A DNA stretch of 63,368 bases, counting the filler, from Octopus bimaculoides (lineage: Eukaryota), in the NCBI RefSeq assembly GCF_001194135.2. It is 7 parts of 7 records of this genome, joined end to end, with 100 filler letters (N's around TTAATTAATTAA, not from the genome) between each part and the next. Parts side by side here need not be neighbours in the genome. Positions count along the whole stretch, not along the records: positions 23,911 to 29,933 come from NC_068985.1; positions 30,034 to 36,754 come from NC_068988.1; positions 36,855 to 59,441 come from NC_068987.1; 4 more parts are not named here. The stretch is one strand, 5' to 3'. Shown in pieces: positions 25,892 to 37,629 of the stretch (its first letter is position 1; each line of letters starts with the position of its first letter). The notes below the pieces were generated by a model. The model was not told the origin of the DNA. It searched no databases and worked only from the letters and a program-made list of their open reading frames with translations. The position numbers and the translations under genes are program-made.

Positions 25892-28276
25892 ATGCAGATT
25901 GTAACAGTATTTTTATCAATCACCATTATTATCTCACTGACATCATTAAACATACATGCGAAAAAAATCGGAAATAATTGTGAGATTAAAATTTCTCACA
26001 ATGTCAGTCAAATTTTAACTCGTTTAGTAAAATCAGGCAAACTGGTTTTCAATTTTGAAGTCCATATAGCTGATAAAAAGCTTGACGGCCTTCTGAATCC
26101 TGTACCACTGGATTATTTTGCAAATGCGAGGCATTTCATGTGGATTCCAGATAATCCAGATGGTTTAGTAATGTATAAAAATGTCCTCTTTGATTTTTCA
26201 ATTCATTCATTTAATATATTAGATGTCTACATTGCTTCTCTAAATATTGTTGTCGATATAAATTGTGGGAAACAAAATATTCAGAGATACAATGTGGTAA
26301 ATTTGATTTTCGAAGAATTAAGGAGAATCGTATTTATCGATGACTTGCAGATGGGAGAATCTGGATACATGTGTTTTTTTATAAATTTGTCTCGTCGCTT
26401 GAGGAATAACAGCCTTTCTACGTTATTGGCATGCAGAAGATTGGGTATAAATCGAGAGATACTGAAGAACTATTGCTGTCTACTACATAATGACGATAAC
26501 CACACTTACGAATCGAAATCCGTTTGTTCTGGAAACATCATTGAAAATAGTATGTTTGTCGATTGTGCAAATATTGTTGGAGCAGTTCTGTGGGCTATAT
26601 TTCCATTATTGATCAGTTTTGTATCAGAAGCTAAATTACCCCTATCAGCTAACCACTCTTTGCCAACTGGAAACACATCGCTAAATTCCCGTGAACCTAA
26701 CCAGCAACAATCAGCAGACGAGGAATTAGCTTTGTCAACTGAGCACAAATCACCAGATTCTCGTGAACCTAACCGGCAACAATCAGCTGATAAGGAAGTA
26801 GTTTTGTCAACTGCGCACGCATCGCCAGATTCCCGTGAACCTAACCAGCAACAATTACATTACGATGAATTTACAACTGAATACCTATTGCCAGACAAAT
26901 CGGAATGGATTTGTGTAAAACATGATATTTACAGTTTTTCGTATTTTTCATCGAGGTTATTTTGTTTTCATCATTCGACTTTCTTTGTCTCAAGACTAAG
27001 AAGAAGTATTCTTATTCTGCTTTCTCTCTCAGTAATTCTCCTGGATCTTTTAATGTATTACTTTTTTTTATATGAAACGTTGACAATATTTTCCCATGAT
27101 CGCATTCCATTGGGCTATCGCTCCTTCATTCTAGGGATCCCTAAAGGTAATGAACTTTCAGATAGTTTTGTTTTGAATCCCATTGTTGTGATAATCAGTT
27201 ACATAATTGTTAACTTTATTCTCTTAGTTCTTCCAAGTCGTTTAAGTGATACTATCGCTTATAATGCATTATATCAAGAATCCACTTGCACATTTCTCAT
27301 TAAAGATAAAAATTTTTTAGTGGAGTTTGGTAATTTGAATGTTACTACACTTCGGGATTATGATCGACTCCTTGCAATAATGAAAGCTAATATTTCTGTT
27401 GCTGCAAACCCAAATTTCTGGCACTTACTATTTAGTACTTGGATTAAACGTATAAAAAAAATATGGGATAAAAATGTTCCAAAATTTATATTATTCTTGC
27501 CTATTATTGTGATTACGATTTTATTTGCTGTATTTTCTATTTGCGAATTACTTCTGTGTCTCGTTTATTACGGAATCCCCTTCGTATATTTGATTCTAAC
27601 TTTACCATTAAGTTATTTCAAAGTGTATATTTTACCTCTCTATAAGAAACGTAATCGTATTTTCAAGTGTGTTACTGTAATTTTACCGTTGATGTCATTG
27701 CCAATTTTTATAGCATGGGCAATTTATTCAAGCTACGTATTTCTTATGAGTTTTCAAATCATTTGCAGTTATATATTTTCAATAGCTACCGCAGTGCTTG
27801 CCAAACCTGAAACTGCTAGCGATACATGGTTTGTTACCACATTTTTCATGTACGGTTTTACAGATATGAAAGGTATTCAGGAACATTATCACACGTTACT
27901 CGTTGAATTTATACAGTTAACCAAAACTGTTCGCCCAGATTTAGTTCTGTCTAAATATGGAGAGGAATTCATTAAAGCCAAATTGTTTAAAGAAATAGTT
28001 AACAATCACTGTTCTTTGAGACACGAGATTGGTAAATCCATTTTAAAACTATTTCTAGTCGTATCTTTTTTCTTTGCTTGCAACAATATAATAAATCGAA
28101 AGGACTTGGATTTATCAAGATTCACACGGATTGCCTTGGTGTTGATGACTTCTGCGATACCTAAATTTTTCTCGAAAATTAATACTAAATTTCCTTTTAA
28201 TAAACCTCTGTTAGACAATGTTATTGAAACAATTAAAACATTTGGAAAACGAAATGAATCCGAGAGCAAGTTATGA
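25892..28276 (+). CDS. Uncharacterised multipass membrane protein (~794 aa): signal peptide, ~200-aa Cys-containing ectodomain, ~9-10 predicted TM helices; single coding exon
   Basis: Stop-free 2.4-kb ORF in otherwise stop-rich, repeat-filled DNA. A polypyrimidine tract and acceptor (ttcaattttctttattacAG, ending 25872) lie 19 nt before an in-frame ATG at 25892; the track's TTG start at 25877 is not a eukaryotic start. N-terminal MQIVTVFLSITIIISLTSLNIHA looks like a signal peptide. Many 18-25 aa hydrophobic runs; no transposase or RT motifs. Confidence 0.85.
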   Translation: MQIVTVFLSITIIISLTSLNIHAKKIGNNCEIKISHNVSQILTRLVKSGKLVFNFEVHIADKKLDGLLNPVPLDYFANARHFMWIPDNPDGLVMYKNVLFDFSIHSFNILDVYIASLNIVVDINCGKQNIQRYNVVNLIFEELRRIVFIDDLQMGESGYMCFFINLSRRLRNNSLSTLLACRRLGINREILKNYCCLLHNDDNHTYESKSVCSGNIIENSMFVDCANIVGAVLWAIFPLLISFVSEAKLPLSANHSLPTGNTSLNSREPNQQQSADEELALSTEHKSPDSREPNRQQSADKEVVLSTAHASPDSREPNQQQLHYDEFTTEYLLPDKSEWICVKHDIYSFSYFSSRLFCFHHSTFFVSRLRRSILILLSLSVILLDLLMYYFFLYETLTIFSHDRIPLGYRSFILGIPKGNELSDSFVLNPIVVIISYIIVNFILLVLPSRLSDTIAYNALYQESTCTFLIKDKNFLVEFGNLNVTTLRDYDRLLAIMKANISVAANPNFWHLLFSTWIKRIKKIWDKNVPKFILFLPIIVITILFAVFSICELLLCLVYYGIPFVYLILTLPLSYFKVYILPLYKKRNRIFKCVTVILPLMSLPIFIAWAIYSSYVFLMSFQIICSYIFSIATAVLAKPETASDTWFVTTFFMYGFTDMKGIQEHYHTLLVEFIQLTKTVRPDLVLSKYGEEFIKAKLFKEIVNNHCSLRHEIGKSILKLFLVVSFFFACNNIINRKDLDLSRFTRIALVLMTSAIPKFFSKINTKFPFNKPLLDNVIETIKTFGKRNESESKL
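26685..26855 (+). repeat. 72-bp (24-aa) in-frame tandem repeat, ~2.4 copies, inside the CDS
   Basis: SREPNQQQSADEELALSTEHKSPD / SREPNRQQSADKEVVLSTAHASPD / SREPNQQQ; DNA core ttc(c/t)cgtgaacctaacc(a/g)gcaacaat occurs three times at 72-nt spacing. Confidence 0.9.
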
Positions 28277-28559
28277 AATCATTAACCTTTTTTGAAAACT
28301 GAAACTATTCCAATATTCCAGAAATTATTCCAACGCTTTTAACTACTGTGCATAGTAATCTGATGGATTACACCTGATTTTTAGCTCCTTCGACACTCTT
28401 AGCATCATTACCGTACGCATCTTCCTTACTTCATAAATTTCGACTATTGATGTCAGTGGTAACTGCAACGAGTCTCTTTTACGATAAATAGCTGAGCTGT
28501 TCTAATGAATACATTGCATTTTTGTTCAATTATTTGAACTCGTGATAGCACCACGTCGT

Positions 28560-29000
28560 ATATTAAAAATGGCCACGAAGGGCGCAGATATAAGCCGAAC
28601 TGAAAGCGCCATATTTTACATCCCTGGTAATTTTATTTATCAATTACTGTTAGTCCACATCCGGATTGTTCTATTATCTGCATCCCACGACTCTTCTCTG
28701 GCAATGTTCCAGCCTATATACACTCCAAGCTCTTTACGCGTTCTTCTTTAACTGTTGGAATACTTTCTGTTGCTATTTTAAATTTTACTTTAATTTTTTC
28801 ACTGCCCTAATAAATGTTAGAATACGTGTCTTTTTTGCTCTAAATTGCATCCTTTATTGCTTTATCAGCTCGTCTAGCCTCGTGAGGGCACTCTGCAAGA
28901 TTTGCTTGTCTATAGATAGAAGTGTCAGGTCATCCATTAAGGCCTTCTTAGGTGAGTGTATATGGGCCGTTTGTTCCAAGATGAATGTCACATTCAAGTT
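28560..29000 (-). mobile_element. Hero-like RT fragment, antisense to the gene
   Basis: Minus translation KALMDDLTLLS...LTRLDELIKQ*RMQFRAKKTRIL...FKIATESIPTVKEERVKSL...LPG resembles the Hero-type RT (MDD motif at 28929-28937). Confidence 0.65.
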
Positions 29001-30033
29001 ATAATTTACAATTTTTTATATTGTAATTTTCTACTTGTAATTTTATGATTTTAAACTTCATACATATACGCTTTACCCCAATCCCCTGTTCCTGCAGTTC
29101 CCTCTAGAGGATCGTTATATGCATATTACTAGCTAACTATCAATTTTCCCTCTCTACGGCTTTATCTACTACTCCATTTCTAAAGAATTCGCAACTTACT
29201 GCATGACTTATATAAAGTTTTATTTCTGCTAATTCTAAACTCTTATTCTTAACCTTTAAACTTAACACATTATATATTTTATCTTATCCCTTTTTACCCT
29301 AATCCCGTTTTACTACAGTATGTTTTATAGGGCTGTCATACCTATATTACTAGCTAAGTGTTTATTTTCAATCTAAGCATCTTATCTCCTACATTTTATA
29401 CGACTCGCTATTGTAATTATCCCAGTGCTCTTCGACATACTAAAATTTTAAATTTCAAATTTATTTTCCTATATCTTCTCTATTTTCTCTATTTTATATA
29501 TCTTCGATTTACCTAAACTATATTCGTTCAAAACTGACATATATTATAAAATCTTTTGACCACTTTTCAATTAAAGTATTCTGGCAATCGTTTTCTATCT
29601 GCTATAAGTAATTCTGGCAATAGTTCTTGCCATTGTCATCAGTTTCATCCGACTCATGCTTTTAATCTCCTTAAACTGATATAATTTCTCACCCATGAAA
29701 TGAATTTTGGTACCGGTGACAATGTTGTACTGACTGACCATTCTGAGAATCTTTAATCCAGATACACTGGTTTGTTATATATTGTCTTTTCCTCATTCAT
29801 TATTGTCCGTAGTTCTTATTTTTCCTTTTTCTCCTTCTCTCATGATCTCTATACTAATTATTCACCGTCTAAAAATACTTCTATCCACTTTTCGTTTCCT
29901 CTCGATATAAGCAAAAAAAAAAAAAAAAAAAAANNNNNNNNNNNNNNNNNNNNNNNNNNNNNNNNNNNNNNNNNNNNTTAATTAATTAANNNNNNNNNNN
30001 NNNNNNNNNNNNNNNNNNNNNNNNNNNNNNNNN

Positions 30034-30074
<41 letters not shown>

Positions 30075-30959
30075 GCGCTATCATCATCTCATTGCCTCTC
30101 TCTTTCTGTTTCCGTGGCATTTTGGTTTCAGGCCAAAATATTATTCGCTGACTTCATCCGGTCGATAAAACATGTTTGAAGAAAGGGCCCATCAATATTC
30201 TATGTTCTATGGACTATTCAATATCCACATCTACATGGGAATAAGTCAATATTCATATCTTCACTGAAACTGAATTCTTTGTTATCAAACATTCCTTCAA
30301 ATATCGCTGCTCTGTTCTCCTTCGCTAAGCTGTTTTTAGGTTATCACAATAAAATTCATTTATCGACTAATCTCTTTTGTATAAGAAACTATAGATAATA
30401 TTTGAAAAGTTAGACCATCATAGCGTCTCTGTATACGCTATAATCTCTTGACCGCCTTTTATCTCTTGCCAGAATGTCTTCCCCTTTTTCCTTTTCTTTC
30501 AACTAGTTTCCTTCTAGGCTATTCTATATAGTTTCCTGCGTTAAGCAAATATTCTTATATGTTTCGTTTCACGTTCATACGTTTGCACAAAATCGAATAG
30601 AAATCAACGTATGCTATATTGTCGTACGTATAAATCTGTGATCGGCATACCAACAAGGGAGTCTTAACGTGCACTTGGCGAAACCTGACATTATAAATGA
30701 ATTCACATTCCTTTAAAATATGATTATCCTTTAGTTTTATGATTTCAGTTGATAAGTACCTAATATTCCCCTTATACTAAACATAATTTTACAAAACATA
30801 CAAACCATACCTGATTCTTTCTGAGTAAGGATCAAATATATCCTATATCTGTCTTGTCCCTAATATTTCTCTAAGGTACGTGTGTGGTTGTATGTATGTG
30901 TGTGTGGTTGTATGAATGCGTGTGTGGTTGTATGTATGTGTGTATGTTTGCAACTGTAT

Positions 30960-31430
30960 GCGTTTCTTTAATAGTTTCAAGGATAACTGTGTGCCACTTG
31001 GTCGTCAGTTTTGCAACGATATTCACTACAGCCGCTGGTATTTTGGTAAGGTGTAGTGTTTCTATCATTCATGTATGTATGTATGTATGTATGTATGTAT
31101 GTATGTATGTATGTATGTATGTGTATGTGTGTATGTATGTATGTTTGTGTATGTATGAGTGTATGTATGTGTGTATGTATGTGAACGCTTGGGACTCTAA
31201 GTGTGCATACATGCATTCTAATGATTGGGGAATTATTAGAAAATCTATTGTACTTTCCAGCCAGTGTCAGATAAAGAAGGAGTTGATATTTGTATCCCTC
31301 ACGATTGTTTTTCATTTTTGGCGTTTATCTTTCGATGAAGCACATGAATATCATAGCTTCGTACATCCATTCATCATATCTCCCGTGATTTTACAGGATT
31401 CTCACCAGGCAGTACCAGCAAATATATAGT
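30960..31430 (-). mobile_element. Highly decayed non-LTR RT fragment (R4-like?), interrupted by (TATG)n
   Basis: IETLHLTKIPAAVVNIVAKLTTKWHTVIL resembles the RT region after motif A of RLE elements; the upstream part is only weakly similar. Confidence 0.35.
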
Positions 31431-31924
31431 TTCAAAGCAATTATCACATACTTTATACTTAGCTCTCCACGAACAGTTATTACAAGGCTAATCAAAATTA
31501 AATGAAATTTACCGAGATAGCCTATATAACACATGGTGTAGCTGAGAAATTCCAATGTCTGTGTAAGTGATTGTAATTTATGGAATGAAATAATGATAAT
31601 TTAGTAACCATAGTTTCAAGATTCAGCAATATATTTGTTTATACATATTAAGTTAAATATTACAATTTATCACAAAATACATCTTTGCAAACATATCCTT
31701 TGAAAGTCAAACTGAGCATAATAACTCTAGTCTAAAGTGGTAAAATATAGGTGGAAGGTGAGTTGCTGATAAATACAAATATGCGCATACGGACTTCAAA
31801 TAGGTATGTGTGTGTCAATAAATAGATAGATAGATAGATATGAATATGTTTTGGAAGGAATAGAGGAGAGAAAAAGATAATAGAAAACAGAAACAGACAA
31901 GACAGTGCATGTAATGGATTTTGT

Positions 31925-31969
<45 letters not shown>

Positions 31970-32788
31970 NNNNNNNNNNNNNNNNNNNNNNNNNNNNNNN
32001 NNNNNNNNNNNNNNNNNNNNNNNNNNNNNNNNNNNNNNNNNNNNNNNNNNNNNNNNNNNNNNNNNNNNNNNNNNNNNNNNNNNNNNNNNNNNNNNNNNNN
32101 NNNNNNNNNNNNNNNNNNNNNNNNNNNNNNNNNNNNNNNNNNNNNNNNNNNNNNNNNNNNNNNNNNNNNNNNNNNNNNNNNNNNNNNNNNNNNNNNNNNN
32201 NNNNNNNNNNNNNNNNNNNNNNNNNNNNNNNNNNNNNNNNNNNNNNNNNNNNNNTATATATATATATATATATATGTATTTATCAAGTAATTCGTTTCTT
32301 GCGAATCAAGCTTCACAGAACAATAATACATGCACAACCCACCACATATTCACACACGGATATATGCACACACACATATACACACAATAATATGGCTGCT
32401 AGATTATGTGCGTATAGAAATTACAAGCAAAAAACTGATTGAATTCTGTTGTCATTGCTTGCCATTATGTAAACCAACTGTAATCAAATCAATTCTGTCT
32501 GATTCATTAAAATGTTCCCTATAAGTACAATACGTGATGATTCCCTTATGTCAAATATATACTTTCAAATCCTGTACCTTCAACATTATTTGCTTTCTTT
32601 CCACATTATATTATCATATTCCTTGACCAGTCTTTTTGATTTGTTTACCTATTATCTGGTAATAGTAAAACTGAAAGAGAAAATACATTCAGTTGGTATT
32701 CTTTATCGATTTGAAAGGATATTCGGCAGTGTATGTATAATGTCATGTGTCTAAATATACACACTCGCACGCACACACACACACACAC

Positions 32789-32897
<109 letters not shown>

Positions 32898-33968
32898 TTT
32901 ATGTATGTAAGTGTATGAGTGTTTGTGTGTGTGTGTCTGCCAGAGAGGGAGAGAGAGATCTGCTTTTTTGCATTACTAATGACTTTTACCTTTATTCTAG
33001 ATACAAGGGACTCGAAATCGTATTTACAATATCACATACACTATACACATACAGACATTTATATATATGGGGTTACCTGGCTGCCTTTGCGAGTATTTCA
33101 CGAATGACTCAAAATTTTGCTATAGCTCTCCTCATCTTTTGCACATGTACGCTATTATTTATTTATGTAAAGCAGTCTGTATGTGCAAGTCTGAGAGAGT
33201 GCCAATAAGTGCATGTGCATATATAACTGCATATATTCATTGTATAAATGCTTATTTCATTTCTCTAATGTATTGACCGTTTCATCAGACAAGAGAATGC
33301 AAGTTTGAAAATCAGCGATGTGATATTTACAGCTGTCGTAATGTTTCATTTTATTTCTCCGTGTGTACGTGAACGAGACTATTAAGTGATAATTCTGTAA
33401 GGCATTATTCGTACACATGCACAATCATATCCCCATCTCTAATTTACAAAACCATACAATAGCATGTTAATGAAAACGCAGAAAATAAACTGATATCCAT
33501 AACGCATATACATAATTCGTAATTTGAAATGTAACGTGAGAGACAATGGAATATAATTCCTATGTGCAATCATTATTGCTTATGTCAGTAGTTTTATTTC
33601 CTATGAGGAATCCCTAGCGCATGGAACAATAGTATCTTAGCGAACGAAATCAATTTTAATAGCCATAAATAATCCATTATTTCTGCCACCCAGCACCATG
33701 ACACTGAATGAATAATGAAATGAATGACGTTTAATTTACTATTTATCATTGTTTCTATTAAAATCTCGTTAGCATTAGAACATGCTACTTTTCTGTTATA
33801 CCTGAAGTTGTCAATTTGAACTCAACACCGTGAAGTTAAAATATATTTCAAAGACTACCGTGAAGATATGGCAAGGTTTATAGCGTCTTGTGAACAACAG
33901 TTCACAAAATTAAGAAGTTGCTTCGCAATCACGAAGAACTTATGATTGATCACTCGGTTAAGGAACTA

Positions 33969-34865
33969 TTAAGTTGTTCAGATAATTATGTCTTATTTTT
34001 AAAATAAACCTATATTCTTGAAAAATTGAACTTATACAAAGGTTTAATTATTCAAAATATGATCCTTGAATAGCTGTACATTTCTCCCATCGATTAACAA
34101 GGTCATTTATGCCTCTTCGATAAAAATCCAAAGGTCTTGATGCCAAGAAATTCTTGAATTCAGTTTTGATCTCGGTTTTGGAACAGAAGGGTTTTTTGCT
34201 GTCTATATACTTGAAAAATTGGTAGTCGGTGGGTAAAAGATTAGGGGAATACGGAGATTTTCCAAGTCTGTGAACTTTTGTAGTTTCATCCTGAAAATGT
34301 GCGGTGGAGTGTTGTTGTGGAGCAGAATTGGACCACCTCGATTAACAAGTGCAGGTCGCATTTTGCAGAAGTCAATATGCATTTCTGCAAGTTTCTCTTA
34401 AAGACACCAAGCTTACGAAATATTTCTCTGACAATTTGTAGTGGGTTTTGTTTGAGTGTTGTTTTCAAATACTGATTATCAAGGAGGAAGGATGTCCTTT
34501 AGCTTTTTGGTCGTCAAGGCTCTCAGCCCCTCTTCGGAATGTCTCAAACCACCGTCGTATCGTCCCATCACCAGTGGGCCCTTCACCCCATGCTCTGTTC
34601 ATATTGGCGACTGTTTAAAAAGCATTATGTCGAAGCTTGAATTCATGAAAAATGATGTAAACGTATTTCTTTGTTCAAGTCTGAAATTAAAGATTTCTAC
34701 CTTTTAAATTTATAATCTGAAAGAAATCGATCAAACTTTGTTAAAAGGTTTACATCAATTATTATGCATGTAAAGTTTCGTCTAAAAGATTACAGAAATA
34801 ACATCTGAAATCGAATTTGAGAAAACGTTTTCCAGAAATAGGACTGTATTTTCGGAACAACCTAA
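33969..34865 (-). mobile_element. Internally deleted mariner element with both TIRs and TA TSD
   Basis: Ends TA|ttaagttgttcagataatt and attttcggaacaacctaa|TA. Minus translation includes HEFKL...GTIRRWF..FR.G.ESLDD and SPYSPNLLPTDYQFFK...FKNFLASRPLDFYRRGINDLVNRWEKC....GSYFE. Confidence 0.85.
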
Positions 34866-37014
34866 TATGATAAGTGTTGTTTAACTTTACCTTGGGTCAA
34901 ACCAAACAGAGTGGAAATGGGTAGAGGGAAGCTGCCCGGCTCCTGTCTGGTAGATTGTAACTATTATTCAAATGCACAAGCTGCGTCACACTGATCTGAT
35001 TAAGACTGAGATTTACTTCATGGTTGCATATATCCGTGGTATGGCCAGCCATATATTCAATGAGCAGTTAATGCAGCTGAACATAAACGGCGTAGACACA
35101 ACTACTTACTTTGGTAAATCAGATACTCAAAGTTTTGCTCATAGACAAAGAGCAAGATAGCTAATGCAAAACAGTTTCCATAATTAGAATAAGAAACTGA
35201 CAGTTGCTTTTTATTTTCTCATCTGAATTAGATTCCTCAAAGTACACGTTAAAAAGCAATATGTTGTATATGCATAGTCACGTTTGTTCCGTAAATAGCT
35301 TTTTCAGGTATTGAGAATATCAACCAAATCAACAGTTTTCAATCGCCTCTAGTAATAATAATCTAATAATTTCAAAATTTCTTACAATAAACAAAAATTG
35401 TGATAAGCACAGAATACGAACACAATACGTACTACGTGCAGCATATGTATATATGAATATCACTCATAATAACTGGATAGCGATACCATGGAAATGAGTT
35501 GTTAAAAATGATATACAGGCCAACAGTAACTTACATAAATGAAACGATAAATTAAACATATATTTATAAAGTATTAAGATTTTTTTGTCTGTCCGTGAAA
35601 CAACAGAGATTGTTTCAAGAGGCGCTGTATGTCAATTCTTATAATGTTTGTCTGAAAATACATTTCTCTTCTTTTACATCATTGTGCCTCTTTTCCCAAA
35701 CATACGACTATCACTCGTGCATGGCACACAAATATAGACACACACATACACACGTACAGACTTTGTGTGTGTGCGTTTCTAAAGCATAAATCTATCAATC
35801 TATTTGCTTTCCTATGTCTGTATATGTATGTGCATAACTTATCTGTGTTTGATTTTTGTAGTTGCGATTTTGTGTACACATATTCACTTGTGTAGAGTGA
35901 TAATCGTGCACAAGAAAACTGGGAGCTATGATACTGTTATCAACCAAGGCGAGAATCACTGACAAGCAACTCACCAGGGAGATTGCCTCTTAACAACAAC
36001 CTGCATAACCACTAAAGAAAATTCCTCATAATCACTTACATAAAAACAACTACTACAACTATTTTCAGTAATCTTACATACATTATTATCAACAGAAGCA
36101 AATATAGACATCTTTACTATACGTAATAGCAAAAATACTTAACCGGACTGTTATTTCCAACCGCATTGCTACCAATCTTTGTTTGGAAAACAAAAACTTA
36201 TGAACGTAAGCAATGGTGGTTTTCCATGATGGCTAGTAGCACACCAGGTTCACTGTTGGTTTTGACAGAGTGCCAAAAAAGCTATTAGTTGAAATGGCTT
36301 CCAACTCTATTGCTTCGGATACATGACACATGTCTTTGGAATACATTATGTTTTTAATCCATTTACTTACTACGTTGTTTCCAGTGGTTCGCGCTAACCG
36401 TTCTATAGTTCATTCTCACAAGCTAGTGTATATTGTACTTTAATATCATCTTATGATTTATACCTATCGTTCTCCTATTCACATTTTCAAAAATACATAT
36501 ATTCACCATATATTTACAGTTGTGTGTATACATATGTATATAAAATTTTAAGACACATGCACACCACACAAACACAAACACACACATATCAGCATATGTA
36601 TATAAAATTCAAATATACATACATAAACACACACATATATATATGTGTGTGTGTTTGTGTGTCTGCGTGTGTGTATACTTTATATATGTGATTTTATAAA
36701 CACATATATACCTACATGTATATAAATTCATATACACACTCACGCACACACACANNNNNNNNNNNNNNNNNNNNNNNNNNNNNNNNNNNNNNNNNNNNTT
36801 AATTAATTAANNNNNNNNNNNNNNNNNNNNNNNNNNNNNNNNNNNNNNNNNNNNAATATTTAAGCGATGTTTTGTTAAAAAGTATCCATTTTCTGGATAT
36901 TATGAGGCAACAAAGTCTGGGGTGTATACATCTGTAGTAATGTCCTTTTATCTATACGAATCTTTCAGCTCATGTTTATTTCATTCTTTGTTTGCGAAGT
37001 TCTCTATCTCACAG

Positions 37015-37315
37015 ACACACTGTAAAGCTTAAAGATGGGCTGCTAAATTGAAATCTCTATGCTGCTTTGAGGGGAAGGTAAAACTTGACAAACTCCTTCT
37101 TCCTCCGTTGTTGGACAACCGTGATGTTTGTTTAAAAAAGAGAGATTACGACTGTGATAAAATAATGAAAGCAATATTTACTAAGCAAGTGAGCACTATT
37201 ATACCCCCAAAATTAGACATAAAATATCATAAAAGTTATTAGAATTAGGAATCAAATGTAAAAATATTATCAAGTGGCTAGCAGGAAATCGTCCGGAGGG
37301 CGGTCTTTCTGCTAG
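37015..37315 (+). mobile_element. Helitron fragment 1 (Rep N-terminal Cys motif plus 3' terminus)
   Basis: HCKA*RW...CCFEGKVKL matches the Helitron CxHCxA..W..CC..GKV motif; ends in hairpin tcgtcc-gga-gggcgg followed by tctttctgCTAG|T. Confidence 0.6.
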
Positions 37316-37332
37316 TATATATATATATATAT

Positions 37333-37375
<43 letters not shown>

Positions 37376-37629
37376 TATATACATATTTATCTTATTTCTG
37401 GTCCTTTCTGTGCTGTTCCAGGATTTACTCCCGTAGAGCGGGAAGATCCCCTTTATATCACTATGATGGCTTAGTACTTAATCCTGACTCCTTTGTACTC
37501 TCTAATCCTGTCCCTTTGATTTATATATATATATATCAAAAGTTAAACAGAGAATGGAAAAATAGACGAAACTGGTTGTAAACATAAAAGACAGAAAAGG
37601 GAGATATGTATATCTATATAATATGTATA

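Noticed and set aside
25892-26640. Idea that the orphan gene is a cephalopod chemotactile or nAChR-type receptor (intronless, vicinal CC)
   Set aside because: No C-x13-C Cys-loop (nearest spacing is 19) and far more than four TM segments.
34972-35160. Short ORF with a possible donor site (tactttg|gtaaat) as a host exon
   Set aside because: No recognisable homology and a weak acceptor; cannot be distinguished from chance.
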